A stretch of DNA of 64,000 bases from positions 4,216,001 to 4,280,000 of the forward strand of contig JBHGNT010000003.1 of NCBI GenBank assembly GCA_043228905.1, in the 5' to 3' direction. The position numbers and the translations under genes are program-made. Below are positions 26,361 through 39,621 of this stretch, one piece after another. The notes below the pieces were generated by a model. That model was not told the origin of the DNA. It ran no database searches and worked only from the letters and a program-made list of their open reading frames with translations. Within the stretch, counting starts at the first letter, position 1, and the number at the start of each line of letters is the position of its first letter. This DNA is from Azolla caroliniana. Lineage: Eukaryota; Plantae; Polypodiophyta.

Positions 26361-28508
26361 TCACATTGACGACAGACTCTCTAAAATGTCAGATGACGAA
26401 ATATCGAGAGGAGCATTCACATGACAGCTAACCCTTTCCTGTGCATGACAACTTAATGACCTATACTTGGATGTGGCATATATGTGTTGCATCATGTTGT
26501 TGTTATGTCCACTGAGATAAACCACAACTACACTAATGTCATCGTGGAAATTCCTTCTTGCCCCTGGCTTTATCTTCTTAAGCTCAGAGTATTGCAACGC
26601 ATATTTGCGAGCTGCCTGTTTGAGAGCACATCTCACGATTTTTCTTGCAATACCCTGTGCAAAAATAAAGCCATTAGTTGTGCATTGTATATTGACAAGC
26701 ATGGATGTGTTGAGAACTAGACAAATCACAACATGTCATGCCCAATATATGCCTAGGCAATATTTATGTAAATGTGTATGGTAAAATAGACTAGATGAAG
26801 CATGACTTACTTTTCTAGGGCCTTTTTGTACAATGTCTACTGCTTCTTGATCCGACATCATGTCCCAAAGCCCATCTGATGCGAAGATTAGGAAGCGATC
26901 CGTGGGGCTGAGCTCTTTCTCATACAAAGATGGCTCGGCCGACAACACTGGCTTGTCGAAAGTCAACGGAAGAACACCCGCATTGGACAAGAGAGGGTCA
27001 ACGGTGTTGAACTCTGGACTCTTCAAATACACGTCCCCTATAGATCTCGAAACCTATGGTTCATGAGAAAATCCATAGAGCTTGTTAAAATCAAATGCTT
27101 GGAAAAGCATGTGCTTTGGATCTCTATACTAAAAATTTTGTTTGCAACTTAACACTACCACCACTCACCTGGATGATGCCTTTGACTCTCCACACACCAT
27201 GTTTGAGTGTGACTATGTGCGAATCATGGGGGTGTTGTGCTTTTAGCTCCTTGCGGACCTCGGCATTGCTCGCATTGTGCTCTTCAGACAATCTCACTGC
27301 GATTACTTCATTTTTCTTCGGGCACAAAGTCCCGAGCACGACCCTTGAATCTCCAACGTTAGCGACATAGAGGCGGTTCCCGCATATCGCACCCACAAGG
27401 CAACATGATCCCACCGAAACCATCTTTGGCTTGACTCGCCAGAGCCGATGCACAAAGGCCAGGAACTCTTCCTCCATGGCATTGAAGGCTTTCATGAGGA
27501 CTTTAGACGATACGCCACCGGATTCTCTTGCAAAAACTGTGGAAATTTTCCAAGCCAATTAGAGATCTGTGCATGACTTAGCAGTTATATATGACTAGAT
27601 CGAATCGAATGACATAACATGTGGTTGTAACTAGAATCAGAAATCACTAACAATCCTCATATTAAATGTGGTTGTAAGTATAGCACAAATGATCACTAAC
27701 AATCATGCAATAACATATGGTTGCGAGTAGCATTACAAATGATTGCTAACAATCATGTGATAACATGTAGTTGTAAGTATAATGATCACTAACAATCATG
27801 CAATAACATATGGTTGTGAGTAGCATCACAAATGATCACTAAAAATCATGTGATGACAAAAATTTGTGAGTAAGATCACAAATGATCATTAACAATCATG
27901 CAATAACATATGGTTGTGGGTAAGCATCACAAATGATCACTAACAATCATGTGATAACAAAAGGATTTGAGTAGCATCACAAATGATAACATACAATCGT
28001 GCAATAACATATGATTGTGAGTTTGCATCACAAATGATCACTATGAATTCATGAAATGACATGTGGTTGTAACTAGCATCATGATCACAAATCACAAACA
28101 AAAACATGCCAAAAGGTTAAGTTCTCATAATTATCAATCAGTCTTACATTCGATCTTGGGGAAGAGGCGGTGGGAGATGAAGCGGGACGCATCGGGGCCT
28201 CCGTGTCCATCATAGATTCCGATGAGGGTAGCGTACGGGCCGACCTTGACCTGGCATTGGTCTTCGAGAGAGGCATTGGCTTGAACCACGGCCACGGACA
28301 AATCACCGGCCATGTGGTTGGACGCCGTGTGCTGCTTATACGCGGGCTTGTACAAATTAAGATCTTTATGCCATAGGAGCGCGTCCGGCTGATCGTGGAT
28401 TAGGTTAATATGGAGGTAGTTATCGATCGCCTTGGCGGTTAATGCGCCCGGCTGGCGTAGGACATAGTGCTCTATTACCTTCCAACATGTTGAGAAAAGT
28501 GTGACCAT
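26361..28508 (-). CDS. Protein phosphatase 2C, clade D-like, ~421 aa
   Basis: Exons 28148-28508, 27169-27536, 26811-27053 and 26361-26654 sum to 1266 nt. Motifs: [93 protein letters not shown]. Confidence 0.95.
27610..28090. repeat. ~50-bp minisatellite, about 9-10 diverged copies, in PP2C intron 1
   Basis: Approximate consensus TAGCATCACAAATGATCACTAACAATCATGCAATAACATATGGTTGTGAG, arranged head to tail. Confidence 0.9.
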
Positions 28509-29689
28509 ATTTGTTGGTGTGGTAGGGTTTTTTTCAATCTTCTTTTTTCTAGTAGTGGTTAACTTAGTTCAAATCCCCTCCTCCTTTTCTTGCTGTAGAT
28601 TCCTTTTACCTTCCTTCCCTAGAATTTGGAAGCTTTAATGGATCAGATTAATACTAGATCTGGTTTGATTGATTGATTGATAGTGGGAATTAGGGTTGGA
28701 TTCTGGTTGATTGATCGATAGATCGATGGATGGGTTGGGAGTTTTCATAAATATAGTGGATTAGGGTTGGATTATTGGATTAGGGAGGGAGGGGAAGAAG
28801 ATTAATGAGGAGATGCAGGGATTTAAGAAGCAGGAAGATGCAGCAATTAGAGATCAATTGATCAATTGATTATCAGATGGAACAGAAGCAGAAGAAGCAG
28901 AGATCAGAGAGAGAAAGAGGAGAAATGACGAGGAAGGATGGGCGTCCTCAGAAATATATCTAATTTTAAATCATTAAATCAAAATCCGAAATTAAAATTG
29001 GGAAAATTAAAGTCAGAAAATTAATCGGTGACGTGGAAAAGCCGGAAATCAAGCCACTCAATCAATAAAAATAAAAATAAAAACTTTTATTTAATTTAAT
29101 TTATCTGGATAATTATTCTAAATTAAAGAAAAAGCAAATTTCGCACGTGTTTACGAATGTGGGCGTCTGGGATTTTTTGCTTTTTTGTTATTTATCGAAA
29201 ATAAAATGGGATTATAGAAAAATAAAGAAATAGAATAACCTCAAACGAATAAAGTTATAAAATTATAAAAAATAAAAATATGTAGACGAACATATGCATA
29301 AATAAAGAGATTAAATAAGTTAAAAAATAAATAAAAAGACAGACACATATAAATTAAATAAGAAATTTAAAAATTAAATTAAAAATAGAAACAATGGAGA
29401 ATTAACTGGATTAAATGGGGTTTCTTAAATAAATTAAATACAGAATATATATATATATATATATTATATTGAGAATTAATTGGATTAATTGGGAATTTTA
29501 GCAAAATTACAAGATTGGCCCTGCCGTGGATAACGGAACAGAACAGAATTGTACGACTTCTTCTTCTTCTCTCGTTTCTGTCATCGTGCTCATCGTACCC
29601 CGCAAAAACCTTTGACTTTGATTTTTCTATGATATTTTTATGTAACAAAATTAATGAACTATATAGAAAGTAGCGATTGGATTTAGTAT

Positions 29690-30070
29690 GTACACATGTA
29701 CGAATATGTACGTACGTGTGCATCTGTGTATGTCTTTACTACGTAGTTATGTATGTATGTATGTATGTATGCATGTGTGTGGTGTGTATGTTTGTATGTG
29801 TGTGTATGCATGTATGTATGTAGTTATGCATGTATATATATGAATGTCGTATGTGTGTATGTGTACGTACGTACGTATGCATTCATGCATGCATGTGTGT
29901 GTGGTGTGTATGTCTGTATTTATGTTTGTTTGTTTGTGTATTATGTATGCATGTATGCATTCATGCATGCATGCATGCATGCATGCATGCATGTGTGTGT
30001 GGTGTGTATGTCTCTGTCTTTATGTTTGTTTGTTTGTGTATGTATGTGTGCATGCATGCATGCATGTATC
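29690..30070. repeat. Compound (TATG)/(TG)/(TGCA) low-complexity tract
   Basis: Seen directly; it is the source of several spurious ORFs. Confidence 0.9.
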
Positions 30071-33000
30071 ATCTCTCGATTGCTTCACTATGTTCACACC
30101 TCTCTCATTCTTTGACTCCTCAACAACTGGCTGAGCCCATTGTAATTTGTTGGTTGTAGCCTAACGACAGTTGATCGGCATATACCATTATTTAATGGGC
30201 GAATAAGCTTGAAGCCTTGCTATGTCACTGGCCCCTTGATACATGCCTCCCCCTGTTGCATGTCTTGACTAGTAGGTGTCCCTTCCGTCCTGTTAGCTCC
30301 TCGTCATACCATTGATAGTGAGTGAGAAGGACCCTACCACATAGGCACATGTCCATGAACATGGCACAAAGTGCTCTTGTAAACAAGAAACATAATCGTC
30401 GTGAGTATGTTCATGTGCTCTCTTGCACATGCAACCTGGCTAGTAGGTACCCTCCTCCCCCCCTCGTTGCACACATCCCTAGCTAATGAGTATTTCACAC
30501 ATCACTACATCTACAAGTTTATCATGCTAGGTTGTATACATAACTCTTTATTCTTGTGAACCATCACCCGCCCCCGCCCACTTGGTTGGTTCATATCCCC
30601 TTGAGGACGACGTGCTTCCCAAATTTCATGATGTCTCTCGTTGAGACGTAGAAAAGAGAAGTAGATGGGAAAATTTAGTCGCAATCAAGATCTTGCAATA
30701 AAAAAAAAATAGAAGTTTGTCTAGCCCATCACGGGTTGCTTGCTCCCCATTAAGGGGTAACGTTGTTTAATTATTGAACATTAATAACGAAAGGGAGGCT
30801 CTTTTTGAATTAAGAATAATATAAAAACACTAAAAACATAGTGTGCGTGTTGAATTCTCAAACCTACCACATCCACTTGCATTACATTTAGACCTTAGCG
30901 TGTTGAAGCTCATTATGGATGAGCACAAAGAAGGAAGGGAGTCTCTTAATTCTAGCATACAAAAGAAAATTCCATGAAAACCTTGTTATCTATATCTCCT
31001 CATCATGAGAGCATGAGTTATTATTTTTACCTCCAAGCTCCCAAAATGGATTTAAAACAACTCGATTTACATGTGAGAGGGATATTTTCTTTGTTTTCAT
31101 GTTAATGGCACCGTAAAAATGTAACCATCTTCGTAAGAAAACGATAACGTGCACCATATTGTATTATAGGTTTAGGTTGATTCGCAATGCACATTGACAA
31201 AACAAACCCTATGCATTAAAAGTTCTTACCATGTTATGCCTTATGAATGTCCTTTGTTCAAGCCTAGTTTTTTGCAACATTCATTTAGGTATATCTACCT
31301 CTCCCAAATGCATGCCCAAATGCATTTTCACCTACTCTTTAGGAAGATGGCAAGCAAGGAGAGACAGGTGACAAACTTTCTCTTGTAAGGTCATCATATA
31401 TTGTGCCTTTCCATTTTTTTCAACCTACACAATCTTGTACACCCACAATGGCCTTACATGAGAAATGCTCTAAGCTTTCAATTGAAAGGTCACATAAAAG
31501 GAAAACTTACATGGAAATCGGTGAGCCTTGCAACCAGAGTGTTCAAAGGCAATTTCTTTTGACAAAAAATACTTTTTTTTTCTTCCTACTTCAACATTAT
31601 TGTATTAAGCGATAAAAACACAATGACACATACAATGACACATACATTTAGAAAAGTTATCATTGTGACATAGAATATATGCATTATTAATAACAATGAA
31701 TAGTAAGTTTACGACAATATTTTCTCATGGCATGTTGTGTCAATTACTCAATAAATTATAATTCTTTGATATAGTTATTCAAAAGCTGTGGGCGTAGAAC
31801 ACTATGTACTAAAATACAAGGTGAAAGAATGCCCGTAATGTATCACACGAGTGAACACACATGATACTAAATATGTAGTTTCCTAGCATTAAAATGCATG
31901 CTTGCGTTCTCTAAATATGCAACAAGCCAAATGTGGAAAGATGATGTCCTCATCACTATAGTTTAGAATGTGTAACCTAATGTTGCCATATGCAAGTCTC
32001 AAGTATCAAATTTTAGAATTTATGTTGATTAAAAAATTCTACATGTTTCTCATTCAATTTCACTTGGGTTGGTGTTACTGAGGTAATTTTCACAGCTTGA
32101 GGGTTGAAAATGATAGCTTTGGATGACAAAAGGCTATGTCAATACAAAATAAACATATACATATGCTTCCATTGTTTGGAGTGTTGAATAAGTCTATACT
32201 TGTGTGCCTGCCATGCCAGATACATGTGAATGGTGTCATGCATGTGAATGGAAATTATGAAATCATCAAGAATAGTTTTCCAACTCACTAATATTTTAGA
32301 AAACAACTTGTGCACATTCCATAGAATATAGTGAAAAACTATCCTAATGTCTTATTTGTTTAGTTATAACATTTATGTGTCATCATTAATGTTGAGGCAA
32401 GAGTGCGAGGGGTCAACTCGTGAAAAATGTGAAGTGTGCAATTCGTAATATCCAGCAACCATGTGACACAATGTTGATATGGTTGTTAACCACAATCCAA
32501 TTAAAGAATGAGACGTGATAAGTGCAATAATATCACATACCCAATACTAGTACTTATGATGTGCATAGGTGGACTAACGATATGCATAAGTTGACCAAAG
32601 AAAATAACGTGTCTTATAGGAATGTCTTAAGTATAATGATCTTGCAATACTAATCCTTATGAAATGGTTATGAATAGCCTAAAACAAGGGACGTGTCTTG
32701 TCACAACGTATAAAGCACAACATTCCTACAAAAGTTGCAATCAAGAGTTCAATAATCATCACTCTCATGTTTAATCTATTGGATTTGATGAAATTGTTTC
32801 ACATCATGTCCATTGCATACTGATGTTGTATTTGGTTACTACAATTTACAATATAAGCTTGTCAATGTGAGTAGACAATTAATGATATAATGTTAATTCG
32901 TGTTTAGGTGCTAAAAAGATGGAAATTTATCCTTGTTTTGAAAATTATTGTAGCTTTGACCTTTGACACAATTTATCTTTGTTTGATTATGCTACTTGAA

Positions 33001-33375
33001 AGTGAAGGTGTAAACTAAAAGATTAGGTTTTGAGTTCTCTTGAACTTTTTGTAATATTTCTCCCATCGAAAAGCTCTCTAAATACCTTCCCCTTTTAAGA
33101 ACAATGACCTATGTAAGGTAAGTTCTTCTTCAAAATTGAATCTATTGGAGTTCTTCCCTTTTGTTTTCCTTTCTTAGTCAACTTACCTTAGTGCTAAGCT
33201 ATTAGCATATCGAGATAAGGTTGTTAGTTTCAAGTCTAACTTTCACATATGTATCACTCTAATATGGCTCAATTGATCTATTTTTTCATTGTACACAAGA
33301 ATCTTGACTATGGCTATCAACTTGGGGATCCCAATCAGGATCCTATTAACTTCAAGAACTCGTATAAAAGGCCAA

Positions 33376-34293
33376 CTCAAAAGGCAAACATGATGTCTGT
33401 TGGTAGACAGGTCCCTCCGGATGGGAAGTGAGAAGACCAGTGCCGACGAACAAACTCGGCCGAGGCCGAAACGGTATGAACCGGATGTGGAGTACCCGAC
33501 TGCGGAGAGTCGGATGGTGTAGACCCGGTATGAACCGGATGTGGAGTACCCGACTGCGGAGAGTCGGATGGTGTAGGCCCGGTATGAACCGGATGAGGAG
33601 TACCCGACTGCGGAGAGCCGGATGGAGCCCATCGAGGCTACATTTGTAAATAGCCGAAAAGTCATATTAGTATAAATATGACTTAGGGCAAAACCTTTTT
33701 AGTTGTAGTTGTAGTGTGTGTGGTGTTGTGATTCTTTGTTGTTGGTGCAAGAAGAAATCAGAGCACGCAACTGTACAGAGAGAGAGAGAGAGACGAGGTC
33801 GTTGCCTCTGTTGTAACCGCCGTCTGTGGCGAAGATCCGAGAGCACAAGGTTGTTGCCTCAGTGATCTCACTGTTGTATATTTCTGCATAGTGACAGTTT
33901 GCAGCTTGTGGGCTGCCGTGGTTTTTTCCCTATTTTGGGGTTTTCCACGTATACCTCCTGTGTACCATTTCTCCTCTTTTGTATCGCGTTTCGTTACCTG
34001 TTTTTCTGTGTATGTAAAGAATCTCGGTTGTGGCCGAGCGTTGGACATAAGGAACGTCAAGTTCTCAACAATGTCTTACCAAGTCACATAATTTGATCTC
34101 CTCTTGTAATAACATCTTGAAAGTTTCCAACAACGAGAATTCTCAAAGTAATCTACTTTTTTATCTTCTTATACTCAAAAGGCAAACATGATGTCTTACC
34201 AAGTCACATAATTTGATCTCCTCTTGTAATAACATCTTGAAAGTTTCCAACAACGAGAATTCTTAAAGTAATCTACTTTTTTATCTTCTTATA
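33376..34293. repeat. 120-bp tandem duplication; the first copy is split by a solo LTR
   Basis: The unit CTCAAAAGGCAAACATGATGTCTTACC...TTCTTATA is intact at 34174-34293 and split into 33376-33397 plus 34071-34173. Confidence 0.9.
33398..34070 (+). mobile_element. Solo LTR (673 bp), Copia-type
   Basis: TGTTGG...CAACA termini, 5-bp TSD ATGTC (33393-33397 and 34071-34075), internal ~54-bp CCGG-rich repeats and a TATAAAT box. The same LTR start adjoins Copia RT/RNaseH at 35515-36130. Confidence 0.9.
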
Positions 34294-35089
34294 TGTTGTT
34301 GAACCCCAAATTGTGCTTGAAATACAATGACTTTTTGCAAACGCTAATTATGCCATAACTTGTAATACCTTAGGAACGCAAAAATAGTTTGTAAGTGTGA
34401 TGAAAGTTATTTGGACTCCACTTATGCAAAGACCAATTGGAACATGGGTTTTGAAACCAAAGTTATAGAACTGCATATAAATGTTTTGCAATAGATCTTG
34501 CCACCAAAGAAGTGATAAATAGATGCCAACCATGTTTCGCCAACATTGTGCAAAAGAAACACATTTCACCAACAACATTCCTCTTTCCTAAGGTATCTCC
34601 TAAGTATAATTCCCCAACCATATTTGGATAGATAAACACAAAGTAGCTAAAAATGGAGACGGGAATGATAATACACTTGCACAAGAGGTTGCCACCAAGT
34701 TATGAGCTTTAGAATTCCCCTTTCTCTTGTAGCCCTTTCTACCACCCACATTGCATGCAAATATATTAATTGGCTTATGAAAACATCATTTCTTTTTTAC
34801 CTTGGCAAGCCTCCAAGTTATTGCAAATGTGTGGTCAACAATCAGCCTTAGGTGAAGAGTTAAGACTCCAAAACATTAGTTGCTCATTGCAAAGATGGTA
34901 GTCATTGTATCCTAGACCAAATATGTGAATAACTTATAGGAAACCAATTCTCGTCCAAACTATTCCAAAATTTTCTTATCATCTTGTATTTTAATCAATC
35001 CAAATTTATTTTCCGAACTATGAAAGATGCTCACCCCGCAAGGACTCCAACTTGGAAATGACTGTTGGAAAATGCTAATGCGGTTACAT

Positions 35090-38040
35090 TGTCGTAGTGT
35101 AATTCGCACACTACGTGAAAAATTACATTTTTGGTTTCTCCGGATAGGATATGGAGTACCCAGTGAGAACCGGAAGGAAGAACCGATGAGGACCGAAACC
35201 GGTAAGGAGACCGGCAAGAGCCGGATGAAGAAGGCCGGTGAGAGTTGGTGAGAAACGGACGAAGAGGACCGGTAAGAAGGATCCGGTAAGAACCGGATAA
35301 AGAAAACCGGCGAGAACCGGCAAGAGCCGGATGAAGAAGGCCGGTGAGAGTCTCTCACCAGATGAAGAGACATATTTGTAAATAGAAGAAAGTATAAAAT
35401 TATATATTACATGCATAGGGCAAGATTTGAACCTTGCACCTCCATGTTAATAATGTTAAGCCTTATCATTATACTAGCGTATTATGAATTTTAAAGTTAT
35501 ACTAGCGTATTATAAGATATGCTTCGTCTGGGAATGGTAGTCCGCATTCTTAGCAAGATGGATGGCACTTTGACTGTCGCAATAGAGCCGGTATTCATCT
35601 TGCCGGATACCGAGCTCTCCGATGAAGTCCTTCATCCATAATATTTCCTTGCCGGCTTCCACAGCCGCCATGTACTCCGCCTTCGTGGTTGACAATGCAA
35701 CCGTCTTCTGCAGCCTCGACTGCCACGAGACAGCTCCCCTTGCATATGTCATTCCATACCCGGATGTAGACCGGTTGGTATCCACATCAGTTGACATGTC
35801 CGAATCGGTGAAACTGTTGAGTTGAGGTTTTCCGGAGCCGAATCAGAGACACATATTTGAAATGCCCTTCAAATACCGGAGTATCCATTTGACCGCGTTC
35901 CAGTGCTCCTTGCCGGGATTGCTCATAAACCGGGTACTCCTCATCCGGTTCTCACCGGGTCTGCACCATCCGGTTCTTCGTAGCCGGGTACTCCTCATCC
36001 GGTTCTCACCGGGTCTGCACCATCCGGCTCTCCGTAGTCGGGTACTCCTCGTCTGGATTCGGCCTCGGCCAAGTTTGTTCATCATCACTGTTCTTCTCCC
36101 TTCCCATCCGGAGGGACCTGTCTTCCAACAAAAAGTACTTGGTGTTAGCTCGGGAAGATCTCACAAATCAAGTAGAAGGTCGGGCGCTACGAAGAAAAAC
36201 GTGTTCTGCGGTATGTCAATTTCTTTTGGAAGAAGTGTTTTGCAGGTACGGGTGCGTAGGACAAGTGATTGCGGATCGGGGAGAACTTGACTCTAATAAA
36301 GCTAGGGGATTCTTCGCCAAACATGGAGTTCGGTTAACACTAACAACGGCATACAATCCGGAAGCCAACGGGAAGGTCGAGTGAGGACATAGTCCGATCG
36401 TCAAAGCACTTGCCAAAGCATGCGACGGAAGGGTGATGGATTGGCCGCAGATGCTCTCATATGCACTATGGGCGGATCGGACAACGCATAGCTCCGTAAC
36501 CAGTTATATGCCAGCAGAACTTATGACCCGACAAGCACCGGTAATGCTGACGGAAACCGCAATCGCGACATGGACAATGCTACGATGGAAGGAAGAGATG
36601 AGCCGGGAAGAACTACTAGCGGTCCATATACGACAACTGGAGGGAAGACCGGAAGATGTAGTGGAAGCGTCATGCCGACAACAAGAAGCGTGACTCCAGA
36701 ACAAAAGCCGGTTCGACACCAAGCACCGACTACGACCATGGAAGATTGAAGAAGGAGATTGGGTGATTGTCTATGACAGTAGTTTGGATCATCAACATAC
36801 AATGGTACGAAAGTTCACAAAAAGGTGGTTCGGCCCATATGAGGTTCGGAAAGTTTTCGACAACGGAACTTACCGACTATGTGAGTTGGATGGAACGATG
36901 ATACGAGTGCCTATAGTCGGGAAACGGGTGAAGATTTTCAAGAAGCGGACTGAAGAAGAACCCTATGTGATCCTAGACAAGACCGACAAGAAGGAGCAAT
37001 CAGACGAAGATCGCGGTGATGCGGAAAGCGAGGAAAGTGGATTACAACTCATAGTCGAGTTAAGGGGAGAATTGGAGGAAGTTTCGGATGAAGGTGAATA
37101 GCAAGCATCGGGGACTTCGGCACATACCAGAGGATGTGCGGGTTCGGCGGGGGCGAGTGTCGTAGTGTAATTCGCACACTACGTGAAAAATTACATTTTT
37201 GGTTTCTCCGGATAGGATATGGAGTACCCAGTGAGAACCGGAAGGAAGAACCGGTGAGGACCGAAACCGGTAAGGAGATCGGCAAGAGCCGGATGAAGAA
37301 GGCCGGTGAGAGTTGGTGAGAAACGGACGAAGAGGACCGGTAAGAAGGATCCGGTAAGAACCGGATAAAGAAAAAACCGGCGAGAACCGGCAAGAGCCGG
37401 ATGAAGAAGGCCGGTGAGAGTCTCTCACCAGATGAAGAGACATATTTGTAAATAGAAGAAAGTATAAAATTATATATTACATGCATAGGGCAAGATTCGA
37501 ACCTTGCACCTCCATGTTAATAATGTTAAGCCTTATCATTATACTAGCGTATTATGAATTTTAAAGTTATACTAAACTTTATCCCATGTAAAATTTCTAG
37601 ACATGCATGGTACAAAAAGTTATTCATGCATAGACACTCAAGTTAAAAAGAAAAGATGAGATAGAAAGCTAATCATGCACATGCAGTGTGCATGAAAACT
37701 AAAGAGAGGAAAAGCATGATGCTTGCATGTGATAAACTTAGACTCTTCCAACACTATATAATGGAAAGAGAGAAAGATGTATAGAAGTTGTTGATTATTT
37801 TACAAGGGTTGATTAATATAATATAATCGTGGGATCCACGAGTTTGCTAACTATTTTTCTCTCTTAATTTGAGTACTCACTAATACACTATACTCGTGGG
37901 ATTCACGAGTTTTTCATATCTTTCTTTCTTACAATATATTTCGTATTCTTAATTGCCTTAGAATTTTCTTTCCTCCTAGTCCAAAACCCTAGCGGTTCCC
38001 ACCCGACTCACGCAACGATCCGGAGCCATAAGGCACGACA
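35090..38040 (+). mobile_element. Internally deleted Ty3/Gypsy LTR retrotransposon: truncated 5' LTR 35090-~35510, integrase 36131-37101, PPT, complete 3' LTR 37158-38040
   Basis: The 3' LTR runs TGTCGT...ACGACA. The two LTR copies are nearly identical over ~415 bp. PPT GGCGGGGGCGAG at 37146-37157. Integrase motifs AREDLTNQVEGRAL, IADRGE, YNPEANGKVE*GH, WFGPYEV. Apparent 4-bp TSD ACAT/ACGT. Confidence 0.88.
35515..36130 (-). mobile_element. Inverted, deleted Ty1/Copia remnant: ~200 bp of LTR start fused to the RT end and RNase H
   Basis: The minus strand starts TGTTGGAAGACAGGTCCCTCCGGATGGGAAG at 36130 (same family as 33398), followed by RFMSNPGKEHWNAVKWILRYLKG and RSTSGY..GAVSWQSRLQKTVALSTTKAEYMAA..LYCDSQSAIHLAKN..HSQTKHI. 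Confidence 0.9.
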
Positions 38041-39170
38041 ACGTTTCACTTACTTTAGGCCAAGAAAAGGGGTCAATTGGGCCCCCCAAACGGGATGGAT
38101 TCTAAACATGGATCTCAAACCTAGGTTCTCCCAGTGCATCCATGTGGAAGGCATGGTGTGACATTAGACGAGGGCTCAAGTGTGATCAATTATGTTCCAA
38201 ACATGCCTGGCTCAGTCAACGTATCCTATGGAACCCATGTATCAAGGATGAATCTAATCAACTACTGGGATCACGTAAGGGGTTGTCATGGGGATACATT
38301 GCAGAAGGTCCAGGAAAAAGTATAGAATGTTGGCGACGGTTTATGTCACTACTACTACAAGATCAAGCCAACATACTCCATGGAATTAAGGGCGGATGGA
38401 CTATGAGATCGGGAATCATTAACGCTCTACTGATTAGGCAAATTGCTACTCAAAGGACGACAATGGAGAAATGGATAGGCCACGAGGAGGAGGGATTTCT
38501 GATCCCAAGAGGTAGGGGAACACCAGACAGGATCGAAGGCTTTGAATTGCGAGACACTGAGACACCATCACAGAATAACGCAATTCGAGTACTCGCGTAT
38601 ACTGGTCATAAATGGATTGTAGATCCTGATCCACTCAAAGTACAACCCGATTGGCACATGTGTACTCATGAAAACACATGGCTACGTAAGGTCAGTTGGG
38701 ACCCTTTGCAATGGACATGGCAGGATCCTTACGCGGGGCAATGAAGCAAACCCATCCCTTTTCTTCCAATTCACAACGAGATTGGGTCGCCTTATTCTAG
38801 CAGCTCAAACCACCCGAGAGCCGGATGCTGCGAAGGTTTGGCACATATTTCAAGTTCCTCCCACAATTATCACCAAGTTTTGGCAGAAAATCTGGAAACA
38901 ACAACACGCGAGGCAAATTACCACGTTCCAGTGGCTATTAATACATAAGTCCCTACCGATGGGAGCATGGCAACGTGGGAACCTTAGGTCTCCTAATTGT
39001 GTAGAGTGCCCACATGCAGTAGAATCAATATGACATGCTCTATGGGACTGCCCAACGTCCCATCGAATATGGCGGGGGGTTGGCCGCTTGTTGCAATTAT
39101 GCCAGGTGTAAGGCTCCATCAAGTGGGGAAATATATGTTGGCTATCATGGCAGACCCCTTACACAGGCAG

Positions 39171-39621
39171 TGTCGTGACTTGAGAATAGGAGAGAGAAAA
39201 ATAAGATGACAATAGAAGGTAGAGAGAGAGAGAGAGAGAGAACACTAGAAATAGAAAGAGAGTTTATATTATAAGAGAGCAAGGATTACAAAGAGTAGGC
39301 TAAGGGGCTACAAACTGGTGTTGAACCGAATGAGTTGTGATGAATGTATAAACACCTATTTATAGGTCCTTATGGAGTATTCTAGAATGTTCTAGAATAT
39401 TTTAGATATTTATGATATTTAATATAATCATGGAATATCCTAGAATGTTCTGGAATACTCTAGAATGTCCTAGAATACTCTAAATATCTTGTAATAACTA
39501 ATAATACATATATTATAACTATACATCATATATGTTAGTATAATGGTTAAAGGTTTAACATATAGACCAAGACGTCTTGGGCTCGAATCCTTGTAAGGCC
39601 AAAATGTATGTCGTCATGACA
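39171..39621 (-). mobile_element. Solo LTR (451 bp) carrying a tRNA-like module
   Basis: Terminal inverted repeats TGTCGTGAC...GTCATGACA and a 5-bp TSD GGCAG (39166-39170 and 39622-39626). A CCTATAAATAGG box on the minus strand at ~39355 sets the orientation. Confidence 0.88.

Noticed and set aside
27610-28090. CRISPR-like array
   Set aside because: The units are head to tail with no unique spacers, in a eukaryotic intron, with no cas genes.
29747-30159. Overlapping MYVC/HTYI-rich ORFs (also at 59636-60057 and 62365-63298)
   Set aside because: These are translations of (TATG)n-type microsatellites.
33243-33665. Repetitive ORFs here and at 34960-35416 and 37049-37486
   Set aside because: They are products of CCGG-rich tandem repeats inside LTRs.
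35085-38045. The two Gypsy LTRs belong to different elements because there is no 5-bp TSD
   Set aside because: A 4-bp ACAT/ACGT duplication restores the host L1 reading frame, so a single insertion fits better.
39530-39602. tRNA gene
   Set aside because: A and B boxes are present, but there is no acceptor stem or coherent anticodon arm, and it lies inside a solo LTR. Reported as a tRNA-like module instead.
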